Assembly: GCA_030646555.1 (NCBI GenBank)
Contig: JAUSKP010000048.1
Location: 2,236 to 66,235, forward strand
DNA length: 64,000 nucleotides
Direction: 5' to 3'
Source: a bacterium
Lineage (GTDB): Bacteria; Patescibacteriota; Minisyncoccia; UBA6257; 02-FULL-45-10c
The notes below the pieces were generated by a model. It had not been told where the DNA came from. It worked only from the letters and a program-made list of their open reading frames with translations, and searched no databases. Within the stretch, counting starts at the first letter, position 1. Every line of letters begins with the position of its first letter. The position numbers and the translations under genes are program-made. Positions 40,499-50,611 of the stretch are shown one piece after another.

Positions 40499-41986
40499 TT
40501 ATTTCCTTGGAATTTTGGAAAACACTGTGTGTTTTTCAATCCCTGATACGTATTTGAAATAGAAAAGCATATAATACTTGGCCATTCTTAAAAGCCCTTT
40601 CTTACTCGCATTTTTAGCTGTTTTATATCCGTAAAAAGCAAAGTATAGCCAAGTATAAAAATGGGTAAGCGGTTGAGAGATCAAGAATTCCGTGAATGGA
40701 CGCAAAAATGGAAACTGCACAATAATGCCGAATAACTTATGCAAATTGACTATTTTTAATTTTAATTTGGGGTCTCCAAAATTCAAAGCAGAATCGGTCT
40801 TGTTGGAAACATGGATTTTATCAAAATTCTCATCAAACATTCCTTTCTGAATTGCCAGTTTGCCAAGTTCCGTTTCCGGATAAGGATAGAGAATGGAAGA
40901 CCAAGCATAATCCGGTTTAAGTTTAATATTAAAGTCTAGGGTCTCCAAATCCGCTTTCAATGGATCATCCACCGGCAGACCGACTAAATTTTGCGTTAAT
41001 ATTTTAATCTTATATTTATGAAGGATTTCGCAAGCTTTGACAATTTGTTCATTAGGAATATTACGTTTTAGAATTTTAGTTGAAATTTCGTTGTTAGCGC
41101 ACTCTACTCCCAAGCACATAGTTTGGCAGCCCATTTGTTTTAAAAGTTTGCCTATCCTGTCTTCATATATTAAATTTGCTCGTCCATTACAAAAGAGCGG
41201 CAGTCCTATTTCTTTAAGAAATTTCTCGGCAAACTCTTCTAGCCAGCCATTAGGCTTAATAAGAAATGTATCATCGTCAATAAATACACAATCCAAAAAA
41301 TAATTTTGTTTAACTTCTTTAATCTCGGCGATCATATTGTCAACTGAACGCACTCGGAGCATCTTGCCCTTGCCCTCAGTCATTTTGTTGTAAACATGAT
41401 TAAAACAATACGTGCACTGATTTGGACATCCCCGCATAGACATAAACATCTTTTTACCATTGAAGCGCAAAGAAGGATCCGCATCATAGAATAATTTTCT
41501 GTCCGGAAAAGGGAGGCTATTTAAATCTTCAACTAGGGGGCCTATTTCATTTCGGATAATATCGCCATTTGGTTTTTTAAACCAAAAATTTGGAGTGTTA
41601 TAAAAATCCTTACCCTTTTCCATCCGTTCAACCAATTCCAAAAAATAAATATCTCCTTCTCCGCGGCAAATGGCGTCCACCCTATCCTTTTCAACCATTT
41701 CCGGTTTAAACGTAGGGTGAGGTCCGCCAAAGACCGAAAAGCAATCATAGCGATCTCTCACTATCTTATTCAAATCAATATAATAATTGTGTTCACCTGT
41801 AGTAATGCTGTAAGCAAGGATATCTGGTTTGTACTCTTTTATTTTTGCGACACACTCATCCTCACTTAATTCCTCAGTTAATAATAGCCGGACAGAATGG
41901 CCTTTCTGTTTAAGAATGCTTGAAAGCGTCATAATTCCTAATCGCTCGTACATGGTCGTGCTTTTAAGAAAAAATTGGATTTTCAT
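40499..41986 (-). CDS. B12-binding-domain radical SAM protein
   Basis: N-terminal Rossmann-like B12-binding region (ILAYSITTGEH), radical SAM CxxxCxxC cluster site GCPNQCTYC; 495 aa. Confidence 0.8.
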   Translation of the reverse strand: MKIQFFLKSTTMYERLGIMTLSSILKQKGHSVRLLLTEELSEDECVAKIKEYKPDILAYSITTGEHNYYIDLNKIVRDRYDCFSVFGGPHPTFKPEMVEKDRVDAICRGEGDIYFLELVERMEKGKDFYNTPNFWFKKPNGDIIRNEIGPLVEDLNSLPFPDRKLFYDADPSLRFNGKKMFMSMRGCPNQCTYCFNHVYNKMTEGKGKMLRVRSVDNMIAEIKEVKQNYFLDCVFIDDDTFLIKPNGWLEEFAEKFLKEIGLPLFCNGRANLIYEDRIGKLLKQMGCQTMCLGVECANNEISTKILKRNIPNEQIVKACEILHKYKIKILTQNLVGLPVDDPLKADLETLDFNIKLKPDYAWSSILYPYPETELGKLAIQKGMFDENFDKIHVSNKTDSALNFGDPKLKLKIVNLHKLFGIIVQFPFLRPFTEFLISQPLTHFYTWLYFAFYGYKTAKNASKKGLLRMAKYYMLFYFKYVSGIEKHTVFSKIPRK

Positions 41987-42145
41987 TATACGGCTTTATT
42001 TATTAATAAAATAATTGGAACATACCTGGTAAGCTTTTAATCCTTAAAAATTTTACAAGCGATTTACAAATATTGCAAGCCAACTTAGCCGCCAATAAAT
42101 TTTACATGACTCTTATTATTACAATAAATAGAATATAATATTAGT

Positions 42146-43810
42146 GTGAACACTACATTTGAATCCCTCAAGCCTTCTTTTAAAGGTGATGTAGATAATT
42201 CGGAAATGGCTCTTTCTACTTACTCTCATGACGCAAGCTTGTTTGAAATTCGTCCGCGCGCAGTGCTCTATCCAAAAGACGCAGAAGATGTCAAAACCTT
42301 GACGCGCTGGGTTGCGGCAAACAAAAAACAGGATCCATCACTTTCTATAACTGCCCGTTCTGCCGGCACTGATATGTCCGGCGCGGCTATTGGCAGCTCT
42401 ATTATCGTTGACTTCACTAGATATATGAATGAGATCAAAGAAATAGCGCCAGACCACGCCATAGTAATGCCGGGGTGCTATTACAGAGACTTCGATGCCG
42501 CGACTCAAAAAATAAATCGTTTTATGCCTGCTTATACCGCTTCCAGAGAAATAAATGCCATGGGCGGAATGATTGGAAATAATAGCGGCGGTGAAAAAGC
42601 CATTAAATATGGAAAAACCGAGCAATATATAAACTCCCTTAAGATAGTTCTTTCCGATGGCAACGAATATATTATTAAACCGCTGACAAAAACTGAAATC
42701 GAAGAAAAGATTGCTAAAACGCCTAAACCGGAAAATTCTTTTGAGGTTGAACTGTATCAAAAACTGCATAAGCTTATAACTGAAAACTATGATCAAATTA
42801 TGTCCGCAAAGCCCGCTGTTTCCAAAAACTCCGCCGGATACTATCTATGGAATGTGTATAACAAAAACATGGGAACATTTGATCTGTGCCAGCTGATCGT
42901 CGGATCGCAAGGAACGCTGGGCATCGTAACCGAAATTAATTTTAAACTTGCGCCGACCCAGCCATATTCAAATATTCTAGTGGTTTTCTTGCCATCTCTT
43001 GATGCGGTAAGCGATCTTGTTACTGAAATATTGCCTTTCAAACCTGACAGTTTGGAAACATATGATGATAAGAGCATGATGCTGGCAGTAAGATTCTTTT
43101 TTGATTTCTTCAAGCAATTGGGTTTTTGGGGTGCGATCAAACTCGGCCTCCAATTTATTCCCGAAGCTTGGATGATGGCCATCGGCGGCGTGCCAAAACT
43201 TATCCTTATGATTGAATTTACCGGCCAATCCAAAGAAAATGTAAATAAAAAACTGATGGAAGTAGAACAGCATATTAAACACTTCGGCTTTCGCGCACAT
43301 ATTGCCCGATCAAATGCTGAAGCGAATAAATATTGGAAAATCCGGCATGAGAGTTTTAATCTACTCAGAAAACACGTTAAAAACAAGCGAACAGCGCCTT
43401 TTATTGACGATGTCATCGTAAAACCGGAATATTTGCCGGAGTTTCTGCCAAAAATAAAAGTCTTGCTTGATGAATACAAGCTTGACTATACAGTCCAAGG
43501 GCACCTTGGCAATGGAAATTTTCATATCATCCCGCTAATGGATCTCAACTCTCCTTTTTCGGCGGATATCATTATTGATCTTTCGGCCAAGGTATACGCT
43601 CTCGTGCATGAGTATCGTGGTTCAATTACCGCGGAACACAATGATGGAATTATTAGAACGCCATACCTGGCGCAACAATATGGCGCAGAAATAATCTCGC
43701 TTTTTGAGCAGACAAAAAATATATTTGATCCAAACAATATTTTTAATCCCAAAATAAAAGTGGGAGGAACTTTTGAGGATATTAGAAAAGCAATTAAGAA
43801 AAATAACTAA
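42146..43810 (+). CDS. FAD-linked oxidase (FAD_binding_4 / GlcD-like) protein
   Basis: FAD-binding PCMH fold N-terminal half (ARSAGTDMSGAAIG, NAMGGMIGNNSGGEKAIKYG) plus a C-terminal oxidase domain; 554 aa. Confidence 0.75.
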   Translation: MNTTFESLKPSFKGDVDNSEMALSTYSHDASLFEIRPRAVLYPKDAEDVKTLTRWVAANKKQDPSLSITARSAGTDMSGAAIGSSIIVDFTRYMNEIKEIAPDHAIVMPGCYYRDFDAATQKINRFMPAYTASREINAMGGMIGNNSGGEKAIKYGKTEQYINSLKIVLSDGNEYIIKPLTKTEIEEKIAKTPKPENSFEVELYQKLHKLITENYDQIMSAKPAVSKNSAGYYLWNVYNKNMGTFDLCQLIVGSQGTLGIVTEINFKLAPTQPYSNILVVFLPSLDAVSDLVTEILPFKPDSLETYDDKSMMLAVRFFFDFFKQLGFWGAIKLGLQFIPEAWMMAIGGVPKLILMIEFTGQSKENVNKKLMEVEQHIKHFGFRAHIARSNAEANKYWKIRHESFNLLRKHVKNKRTAPFIDDVIVKPEYLPEFLPKIKVLLDEYKLDYTVQGHLGNGNFHIIPLMDLNSPFSADIIIDLSAKVYALVHEYRGSITAEHNDGIIRTPYLAQQYGAEIISLFEQTKNIFDPNNIFNPKIKVGGTFEDIRKAIKKNN

Positions 43811-43828
43811 AAAAAGAGGATGGATTAT

Positions 43829-43902
43829 TGGCTGCCAGACCTGGATTCGAACCAAGATACCCGCCTCCAAAGGGCGGTGTCCTACCATTAGACGATCTGG
43901 CA
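43829..43902 (-). tRNA. tRNA-Gln (anticodon TTG), CCA encoded
   Basis: The reverse complement reads TGCCAGA-TC-GTCT-AATGGTA-GGAC-A-CCGCC-CTTTGGA-GGCGG-GTAT-CTTGG-TTCGAAT-CCAGG-TCTGGCA-G-CCA; all stems are canonical. Confidence 0.85.
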
Positions 43903-43974
43903 ATATTTTATTTATACTATCACGATTTTTTTTAAAATTCCACTTAATTTGTTATAATAAATACCTATTTAAAT

Positions 43975-44451
43975 ATGATTTTATCTATACACGCAATAGT
44001 CGGAGCAGTTTTAGCCTCTAATTCTAATAGTATCGGGCAAGCTATCATATTAGGCCTCGTGAGCCATTATTTTTTGGATTCTATTCCTCATGTTGAATAT
44101 ACAATAAAAAATATTCAAAAAGGGGACTTAAAAACGGCCATTAAGGAATTCGTCAATATTTCCATTGATCTGATTGTCAGTCTTGCGATCCTTTTGTACT
44201 TGATCCAAAATAAAAATTTTGATCAAACAATTTTGATATTAACCGGATCTTTTTTTGCGTTACTTCCTGATGGGCTATACTTTATTGATTGCCTTGTTAA
44301 AAATAAGAATAGGAATATATTTACAAAGTTTCTAAAAATGCATTCTGATTTTCACGCAAAAACACATTCCAATATTGCTTCTTTTAAAATACAGCTTATT
44401 ACGCAGATTATAATAGCCTTAGCCCTGCTTTTCTTTATCCTTTTTAAATAA
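43975..44451 (+). CDS. hypothetical polytopic membrane protein
   Basis: 158 aa, 4-5 hydrophobic helices; no motif recognised. Confidence 0.45.
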   Translation: MILSIHAIVGAVLASNSNSIGQAIILGLVSHYFLDSIPHVEYTIKNIQKGDLKTAIKEFVNISIDLIVSLAILLYLIQNKNFDQTILILTGSFFALLPDGLYFIDCLVKNKNRNIFTKFLKMHSDFHAKTHSNIASFKIQLITQIIIALALLFFILFK

Positions 44452-44455
44452 AAAA

Positions 44456-44478
44456 CGTCCCGATGTTTATCGGGACGC
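44456..44478. terminator. hairpin ACGTCCCGAT-gttt-ATCGGGACG between convergent genes (weak T tract)
   Basis: 9-bp perfect stem; overlaps the stop of the minus-strand L,D-transpeptidase gene. Confidence 0.45.
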
Positions 44479-45207
44479 TTTGCCAAGAATTTTTACCAGA
44501 ACAGGCGGACCATTTATCCGGCCCATTTTCTTTTTGTCGGTCGCCACTATCCACATATAAAGCGTTTTAGCGTCCATTAGCGCGGGCTTTTTCGGATAAC
44601 CGTAATATTTTTTCTGCATTTCCTCATCATATAAACCGATACAGCCGTGCGAAGCGGGTTTTCCGTCCAAGTCCCTGCCATGGATAAAAAAGTTAGTATC
44701 TTTTTTTTCTGACCGAGAAAGCTGCAATGCCCAATCCATAGGATAGGGCCGTGTGGAATTATTTATAAAATAACGGGAAGAACGCTTATTTTTTTCAAAA
44801 TTATAAATATAAAATAATCCAGTTGGCGTAGCAAAGCCTTCTTTTCCGGAGGATATCGGAAAACTAAATTTAAGTCTGCCGTACTGATAAGCTCCTAAAA
44901 ACTGCTTAGAAAGATCAACAACTATCACCTTGGGAACTAGCCTATATTTTTTTAAAGCCATAGGCAGGGGATTATAATGAAAATTCTCCGAATTGAGAGG
45001 AATTTTGACTTTGTATCCCTTGTAAATGTGAACTCTATCTATGCGATTAAATCTTAATATTTCAATCCACGATTCAGGAAAAACTTTTTCTAAATCATTT
45101 TGGCGTTTAAGCGTATACATCCTAAAGTCGGGTTCTTGAGAGAAGACCATTCCCGAACCTGCAAATAAGAAAAAAATGCCTAGCAGCGCCCTATATAACG
45201 CGAACAT
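44467..45207 (-). CDS. L,D-transpeptidase (YkuD domain)
   Basis: Catalytic motif ASHGCIGL preceded by H (FFIHGRD); N-terminal signal/TM. Confidence 0.8.
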   Translation of the reverse strand: MFALYRALLGIFFLFAGSGMVFSQEPDFRMYTLKRQNDLEKVFPESWIEILRFNRIDRVHIYKGYKVKIPLNSENFHYNPLPMALKKYRLVPKVIVVDLSKQFLGAYQYGRLKFSFPISSGKEGFATPTGLFYIYNFEKNKRSSRYFINNSTRPYPMDWALQLSRSEKKDTNFFIHGRDLDGKPASHGCIGLYDEEMQKKYYGYPKKPALMDAKTLYMWIVATDKKKMGRINGPPVLVKILGKASR

Positions 45208-45217
45208 ATTTCCTCCC

Positions 45218-45251
45218 TTTGTCCGCCATAGCTTTATGCGAAGGCGGATTT
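45218..45251. repeat. C-family hairpin; antisense near-copy of the RNase P RNA P3 region
   Basis: TTTGTCCGCCATAGCTTTATGCGAAGGCGGATTT versus the reverse complement of 57958-57986 (TTGTCCGCCATAGCTTTAGCGAAGGCGGATC). Confidence 0.7.
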
Positions 45252-45445
45252 ATTTTAATTTTTAAGAATCTAATATCTAGGTTAGTATTTAATGGCTTGC
45301 ATTACAAGCGCCCTAAAACATTCGCCCTTGGCGGATGTTCGGGCGATCATTTTGCAAAACAAAATGATTTAGCCCTAAAACCAGCACCGTCAAAATTATA
45401 AACATAAACAGTTGTGCAAAGAAAAAATTAAGTTATAATTAAAAC

Positions 45446-45712
45446 ATGGACACTTTAATGAAATCAGAAATATTCTTTTTTATTACATCAATAGCGGTGG
45501 TAATTTTGACAATATTTATAGGAATAGTGGCGGCATATTTAATTAGGATCCTTAGGAATGTTGACAATATTTCTAAAACGGCAAAAGATGAGGCTGCGCT
45601 TATCAAAGAAGATGTTGCGGACCTGCGCCAAAACATCAGGGACGAAGGAATAAAAGTAAAAAGTTTTGTCAGGTTTTTTAATAAATTGAAAGGCCGAAAA
45701 AATAAAAAATAA
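45446..45712 (+). CDS. small single-TM protein (DUF948/YtxH-like), probably leaderless
   Basis: 88 aa; TM FFFITSIAVVILTIFIGIVAAYLI; -10 TATAAT ends 7 nt before the ATG. Confidence 0.5.
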   Translation: MDTLMKSEIFFFITSIAVVILTIFIGIVAAYLIRILRNVDNISKTAKDEAALIKEDVADLRQNIRDEGIKVKSFVRFFNKLKGRKNKK

Positions 45713-45724
45713 TCTTAAATAAAA

Positions 45725-46087
45725 ATGAATAAAAAAACAAAAAGAATAGCAGTTGAAACGGGCATGGGTCTTGCCGCATTAGCCGCAACCGCCGCCGGAG
45801 TATATTTCTTGTCCGGCAAGAAAGGCGCAAAAAACCGCAAAAAGGTTAAAGGCTGGATGCTAAAAGCCAAGGGCGAAGTTCTCCAAGAAATGGAACATAT
45901 GAAAAATATGGGCGAGGGCACTTATCACGATACAATTGATGCTATGTCTGAAAGATATAAAATTCTTAAGAATGTAGATAAAAAAGAGCTTGATAATTTG
46001 GTTAAAGAATTAAAAAGCCATTGGAAACATATTAAAAAGGATCTGAAACCAAAAGCCAGAAAATCTTCCAGCAAGAAAAGAAAGTAA
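45725..46087 (+). CDS. YtxH-like small membrane-associated protein
   Basis: 120 aa; N-terminal GMGLAALAATAAGVYFL glycine-zipper helix, Lys-rich tail. Confidence 0.5.
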   Translation: MNKKTKRIAVETGMGLAALAATAAGVYFLSGKKGAKNRKKVKGWMLKAKGEVLQEMEHMKNMGEGTYHDTIDAMSERYKILKNVDKKELDNLVKELKSHWKHIKKDLKPKARKSSSKKRK

Positions 46088-46097
46088 ACTTAAAAAA

Positions 46098-46140
46098 CAT
46101 CCCCTCACTCTGCAAGAGTGAGGGGATGTTTTTTGTTTTT
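46098..46140. terminator. bidirectional rho-independent terminator
   Basis: CATCCCCTCACTC-tgcaag-AGTGAGGGGATG, then TTTTTTGTTTTT. Shares the CCCTCACTC/GAGTGAGGG core with the 30089 terminator. Confidence 0.8.
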
Positions 46141-47923
46141 AGTTCTTTGCCTTTAAATCCCTCTTTCTAATTCTCAGGCTTTTCGGCGTAACCTCTAAAA
46201 GTTCGTCGTCCCCTAAATATTCTATATGTTGCTCCAAGCTCATTTCTCTTGGGGCGATTAAACCAGCAGTTAAAGCTTCTGTTTTTGCTCTAAAGTTATT
46301 TAATTGCTTTGCTCGACAAACATGTACGGCCAAATCCATAGCTTTAGCATTTTGACCAACTACCTGACCCGCGTATACCTTTACGCCAGGACCAATAAAC
46401 AGTTCGGCACGCTCTTGAGCGATTACCAATCCATAATTAGTGGTCGTGCCAGTTTCGTGGACTATTAAAGATCCGTGTGGATTTGTTTTTATATCTTCAA
46501 CAAAAAGAATATATCCAGAAAACAGGGTATTAATAATACCAGTACCTTTAGTTTCAATCATAAAGTCATTTCTAAATCCTATTAAACCTCTAGTTGGGAT
46601 ATTGAAATGGAATATTGCTATACCATTTTCTACGCCCATATTCTTCATTACACCCTTTCTATTATTCATTCTTTCTATGATTATTCCAGAATATTTTTCC
46701 GGCGCCTCAATCCAAATATCTTCAGCTGGTTCAGTTTTCTTTCCGTTTTCTTCTTTAAAAATAACCTCCGGCTTAGAAACCTGAAATTCATATCCTTCGC
46801 GCCTCATCGTTTCAATTAAAATACCTAAATGGAGCTCTCCGCGTCCACTCACGATAAATTCATCAGTTGATTTTCCTCCCTCAACTCTCAAAGCCACATC
46901 ATTATCTAGTTCCTTTTCCAATCTTTCTTTTAAATTTCTGGAAGTGCAATATTCGCCTTCTTCGCCGGCAAAAGGGGAGTTGTTCACGCTAAAAATCATT
47001 TTAACAGTAGGTTTTTCAATATTAATCGGCGGAAGGGCCATTGGATTATTTAAGTCCGCAATAGTATCACCAATGTTTATATTTTCTATTCCGCTCACGG
47101 CCACAATATCTCCGGCTTCACATTCCGCGGCCTCAACCTTACCTAAACCGACAAAAGTCATAAGACTACTAATTTTGACTGACTTATTTTTTCCCTCCCT
47201 GGAAATATGCATAACTTGCTGAGAATTCTTTATAGTGCCTTGATGGATTCTCCCAATTCCTATTCGGCCCTTATAATTATCGTAGGCGATTGTCACAATC
47301 ATCATTTGCAGAGGAGCTTCTGGATGAAATTCGGGCTGAGGGATATATTTTAAAACAGCGTCAAAAACAGGTCTTATGCCGGTCATACTGGCTAAATCCG
47401 GGATTAACCCCGCTTTTGCAAGTTTAGAAGAAGCATAAATAATAGGAAAATTAAGCTGTTCCTCATTGGCACCAAGCTCAATAAAAAGATCGAGTACTTT
47501 ATCCAATGCGTAATTGATACGGGCGTTCGGTTTATCTATTTTATTTATAACCACGATAACCTTGTGATTGAAGGATAAAGCTTTCTTTAAAACGAATCTT
47601 GTTTGAGGCATTGGGCCTTCCTGTGCATCAACTAAGAGTAAAACTCCGTCCGCCATATTTAAAACACGCTCCACTTCGCCGCCGAAGTCGGCGTGTCCGG
47701 GAGTATCTATAATATTTATTTTTGTATCTCCATAATAAACGGCTGCATTTTTAGAAAATATAGTAATTCCACGCTCTCTTTCAAGATCGTTAAAATCCAT
47801 TATTAATTCCTTATCACTAAGCTTTCCTAAATCAGTGTCTGATTGCTTAAGCAAAGCGTCCACGAGAGTGGATTTCCCATGGTCAACGTGAGCAATGATA
47901 GCTATGTTTCTAATCTTTTTCAT
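46139..47923 (-). CDS. typA: translational GTPase TypA/BipA
   Basis: [42 protein letters not shown]; 594 aa with BipA C-terminal domain. Confidence 0.9.
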   Translation of the reverse strand: MKKIRNIAIIAHVDHGKSTLVDALLKQSDTDLGKLSDKELIMDFNDLERERGITIFSKNAAVYYGDTKINIIDTPGHADFGGEVERVLNMADGVLLLVDAQEGPMPQTRFVLKKALSFNHKVIVVINKIDKPNARINYALDKVLDLFIELGANEEQLNFPIIYASSKLAKAGLIPDLASMTGIRPVFDAVLKYIPQPEFHPEAPLQMMIVTIAYDNYKGRIGIGRIHQGTIKNSQQVMHISREGKNKSVKISSLMTFVGLGKVEAAECEAGDIVAVSGIENINIGDTIADLNNPMALPPINIEKPTVKMIFSVNNSPFAGEEGEYCTSRNLKERLEKELDNDVALRVEGGKSTDEFIVSGRGELHLGILIETMRREGYEFQVSKPEVIFKEENGKKTEPAEDIWIEAPEKYSGIIIERMNNRKGVMKNMGVENGIAIFHFNIPTRGLIGFRNDFMIETKGTGIINTLFSGYILFVEDIKTNPHGSLIVHETGTTTNYGLVIAQERAELFIGPGVKVYAGQVVGQNAKAMDLAVHVCRAKQLNNFRAKTEALTAGLIAPREMSLEQHIEYLGDDELLEVTPKSLRIRKRDLKAKN

Positions 47924-47995
47924 GAGTTGTTATTTTACAATAAATAAACCAAAAATACAAGTTTTTATATCTAAATTCATTAACAACCGATTTAT

Positions 47996-48024
47996 ACCAC
48001 TATTCCGCGGTCGCGGAATAGTGG
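47996..48024. repeat. 13-bp perfect inverted repeat CCACTATTCCGCG-gt-CGCGGAATAGTGG upstream of typA
   Basis: Self-complementary; the ATTCCGCG arm is reminiscent of the A-family core. Confidence 0.55.
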
Positions 48025-48059
48025 AGTAAAAAATATTTTTTAGAAAAGATAAAAAAGAA

Positions 48060-48092
48060 AAGAGCCCTTTATGCTGAGGGCTCTTTATTATA
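48060..48092 (-). terminator. rho-independent terminator for ORF 48099-48317
   Basis: AGAGCCC-tttatgctg-AGGGCTCT; the minus strand is followed by TTTCTTTTTT. Confidence 0.6.
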
Positions 48093-48098
48093 AGAGTA

Positions 48099-48317
48099 TT
48101 AAGATATCTCTATCTTAACGATATCTTCTTCCTTAATTTCGCCAGGGGAAAGAAGGTAAAGATAAGGAAGCACCACGGTGCGGTTCTTTAAGACAGAGCC
48201 GTCTTTAAGAGTAATGTCGACGACTTGATAGCCCATTCCGCTTTCGGGCATTCTAAGAAGTTTACTTACCCACTTCTCACTTAATTCTAATTGCATAGCG
48301 CCTCCTTCAAAGAACAA
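48099..48317 (-). CDS. hypothetical small protein
   Basis: 72-aa ORF with a downstream terminator; no motif recognised. Confidence 0.35.
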   Translation of the reverse strand: MFFEGGAMQLELSEKWVSKLLRMPESGMGYQVVDITLKDGSVLKNRTVVLPYLYLLSPGEIKEEDIVKIEIS

Positions 48318-48332
48318 TTTTGTTTTGAAAGC

Positions 48333-48620
48333 TTATATCCAAGCCAGCGCAAGCGCCAGCTTTAGCACAAGAGATAAAACCGCCAATAAAAAGAAAACTA
48401 AGGCGATTATCAAGTCACAGCACAGATATCTGCCTATGCGCCTCTTCATTGCTTCAATCTCAAAGATATCAAATTCTTTTTTTATTTCCGGCCGATCCAG
48501 CCTGAAATAAGCGTAGATAGCCTGACCGATAAAGAACAGATAAATAATAAAAAATCCTACCCAGTACCAAATGTGACCGACCAAAAACAGAATGCAGGCA
48601 TTGATAGCTTCCATACTCAC
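48333..48620 (-). CDS. hypothetical small membrane protein (2-3 TM)
   Basis: 95 aa, hydrophobic helices (ILFLVGHIWYWVGFFIIYLFFI; LIIALVFFLLAVLSLVL). Confidence 0.4.
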   Translation of the reverse strand: MSMEAINACILFLVGHIWYWVGFFIIYLFFIGQAIYAYFRLDRPEIKKEFDIFEIEAMKRRIGRYLCCDLIIALVFFLLAVLSLVLKLALALAWI

Positions 48621-48691
48621 CTCCGTTAGATTGTGAAGTTCCTAAGCCGGATTATCGCACAAGCAGCCGAGAGTTGTAAAGAAACCGAAAT

Positions 48692-49792
48692 TTATTTCAA
48701 ATTCTCAATTATAGCAACCTCCAAAGGCGCGATAGGGAACGGGGAATAGCGCATTTCCGAATAAGCGCGTATAAAAGATTTTATGAGATTTATATGTTTC
48801 TCCGGCTTTATCAATGCTGAATGTTTTTTAAGAGTATTTAAATTATCTGAAGTCAACTCTTTTTTATAAAATTCTTCCACTTTAGGGCTTAGATTTAAAG
48901 CTAGCGCGCGCCTCAGATAGTGAATAAGATCTTTTGTCAGTTGGACCAGGTTATATCCTTCTTCGTTTATTTGCGATAAATAAGTTAAAGATTTTTCTAA
49001 ATCTCCAGCCAATATCAAGGCGGCAAGTTCTGCTGTTTTTTTATAGCCGATCTTTCCCACTATCTTTTCAACATCTTTCAGCTCAATACTAGAATCCATT
49101 GAAGCGATCTGATCTAAAAGAGATTCGGCATCCCGGAAACTGCCTTCGCCAAGAGAAGCAATAAGCTCCAAAGCTTCATCGGATATCTTTATTTTCTCGG
49201 TCTTTACTATGCCGTCTAATTTTTTCAAAATATCCCCGATAGCCAACTTTTTAAAATTAAACTTTTGAGTTCGGGAAGAAACTGTGGCTGGAATTTTTTC
49301 ATATTCAGTGGTAGCTAAAATAAATATGGCATGAGCAGGAGGCTCTTCTAGAGTTTTCAAAAGCGCGTTAAAAGCATCGCGGGTGAGCATATGAACTTCG
49401 TCTATGATAAAAACTTTTTTGGATAAATAAATAGGGGACAGCTTGATGCCTTCTTTAAGATCCCTAATCTCATCTATACCTCTATTGGAAGCAGCGTCAA
49501 TTTCCACCACATCCATTGCCTGATTGGCGTCTATTTCGGTACAGGCCCTGCATTCATTGCACGGCTCTCCTTTTTCCATAAACTTTTCATCTTTTATCCT
49601 TTTCTCGCAATTTACCAATTTAGCCAAAAGCCTGGCGGTTGTGGTTTTACCGGAACCCCTGGAACCATAAAATAAATAAGCGTGCGCAAATCTGTTCTGC
49701 CTGGCGGAATTTCTTAATACTTCAATTATATGTTCCTGTCCCAACAATTCGGAAAGTTTTTTAGGACGATATTTTCTGTAGATGGCTAACAT
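48692..49792 (-). CDS. dnaX: DNA polymerase III gamma/tau subunit (short, gamma-like form)
   Basis: Walker A GSRGSGKTT, Zn module CNECRAC, SRT sensor motif (TVSSRTQKF); 366 aa without tau C-terminal domains. Confidence 0.85.
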   Translation of the reverse strand: MLAIYRKYRPKKLSELLGQEHIIEVLRNSARQNRFAHAYLFYGSRGSGKTTTARLLAKLVNCEKRIKDEKFMEKGEPCNECRACTEIDANQAMDVVEIDAASNRGIDEIRDLKEGIKLSPIYLSKKVFIIDEVHMLTRDAFNALLKTLEEPPAHAIFILATTEYEKIPATVSSRTQKFNFKKLAIGDILKKLDGIVKTEKIKISDEALELIASLGEGSFRDAESLLDQIASMDSSIELKDVEKIVGKIGYKKTAELAALILAGDLEKSLTYLSQINEEGYNLVQLTKDLIHYLRRALALNLSPKVEEFYKKELTSDNLNTLKKHSALIKPEKHINLIKSFIRAYSEMRYSPFPIAPLEVAIIENLK

Positions 49793-49898
49793 ATGAATAG
49801 TATATAGCCATTAGAAGTTAGAGACTAGTGTAAAAGTTAAAATTATGTGAATAAGAAAAAACCGCCAAGCTGATAAGCCGGCGGTTTTTAAAGTTTCA

Positions 49899-50480
49899 CT
49901 ATTTTTTAAAACAAAAGAGTTTTTTTAATATCTCCCACCGATTTTCCGATCTTTTGACCCATACAAGAGCATATTCGCTTTCTTTCGCAGCCAAATATGA
50001 AATAAATTTCGGCTTTTCTGAGGTCTGCGGGTTCATAGGAATAACAGTTTCACCGCCCAAACTGATAACGCCGGGAAACTGTACCCATTCGCCGGAGGTT
50101 TTGTAACTTACCCAGTAACCCCTGTTAACATTAAAATATTCTTCAGCGGTTATGGGTCCTTCGTATAGACTATCACTACCGCAACGGAACGCAGACGCCT
50201 TCTTAAAGGTCGCAAGGCATAAGTACAGCCCATCGTTATACCAACGATAGGCAAATTCTATCTCCAACAGCGCGCCTTTAACCATATAGGACTTAACGGC
50301 TTCATATTTCTTCAGTGGCTCTGGTCCGGTCTCAAAATAGATCTGAAAATATAGTTTGTGATTATCCTCTCCCTGTAAGTCGCATTCAAATACTTTTTGA
50401 GTTTTTTGATCCCACGGCTTTATAACAATTTCTGCCCTCGTTACCATATATACGCCGTAAACCATATCCATACGCCCCAC
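49899..50480 (-). CDS. hypothetical cytoplasmic protein, locally higher GC
   Basis: 193 aa, Trp/Tyr-rich; no family recognised. Confidence 0.45.
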   Translation of the reverse strand: MGRMDMVYGVYMVTRAEIVIKPWDQKTQKVFECDLQGEDNHKLYFQIYFETGPEPLKKYEAVKSYMVKGALLEIEFAYRWYNDGLYLCLATFKKASAFRCGSDSLYEGPITAEEYFNVNRGYWVSYKTSGEWVQFPGVISLGGETVIPMNPQTSEKPKFISYLAAKESEYALVWVKRSENRWEILKKLFCFKK

Positions 50481-50611
50481 CTCCTTTTGTTTCTGCTTTA
50501 ATGTGCTGATAGCAGTCTATATCCGAATATAAAACTTTGTCAATTAAAATAATTTACCTTTATTATACTCTGTTAAATGCATAAAAAATCAGATATAATT
50601 ACAGTATAAAA

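Noticed and set aside
43622-44021. ORFs 43622-43903 (-) and 43773-44021 (+)
   Set aside because: Overlap tRNA-Gln (43829-43902) and the 3' end of the FAD-oxidase gene; spurious.
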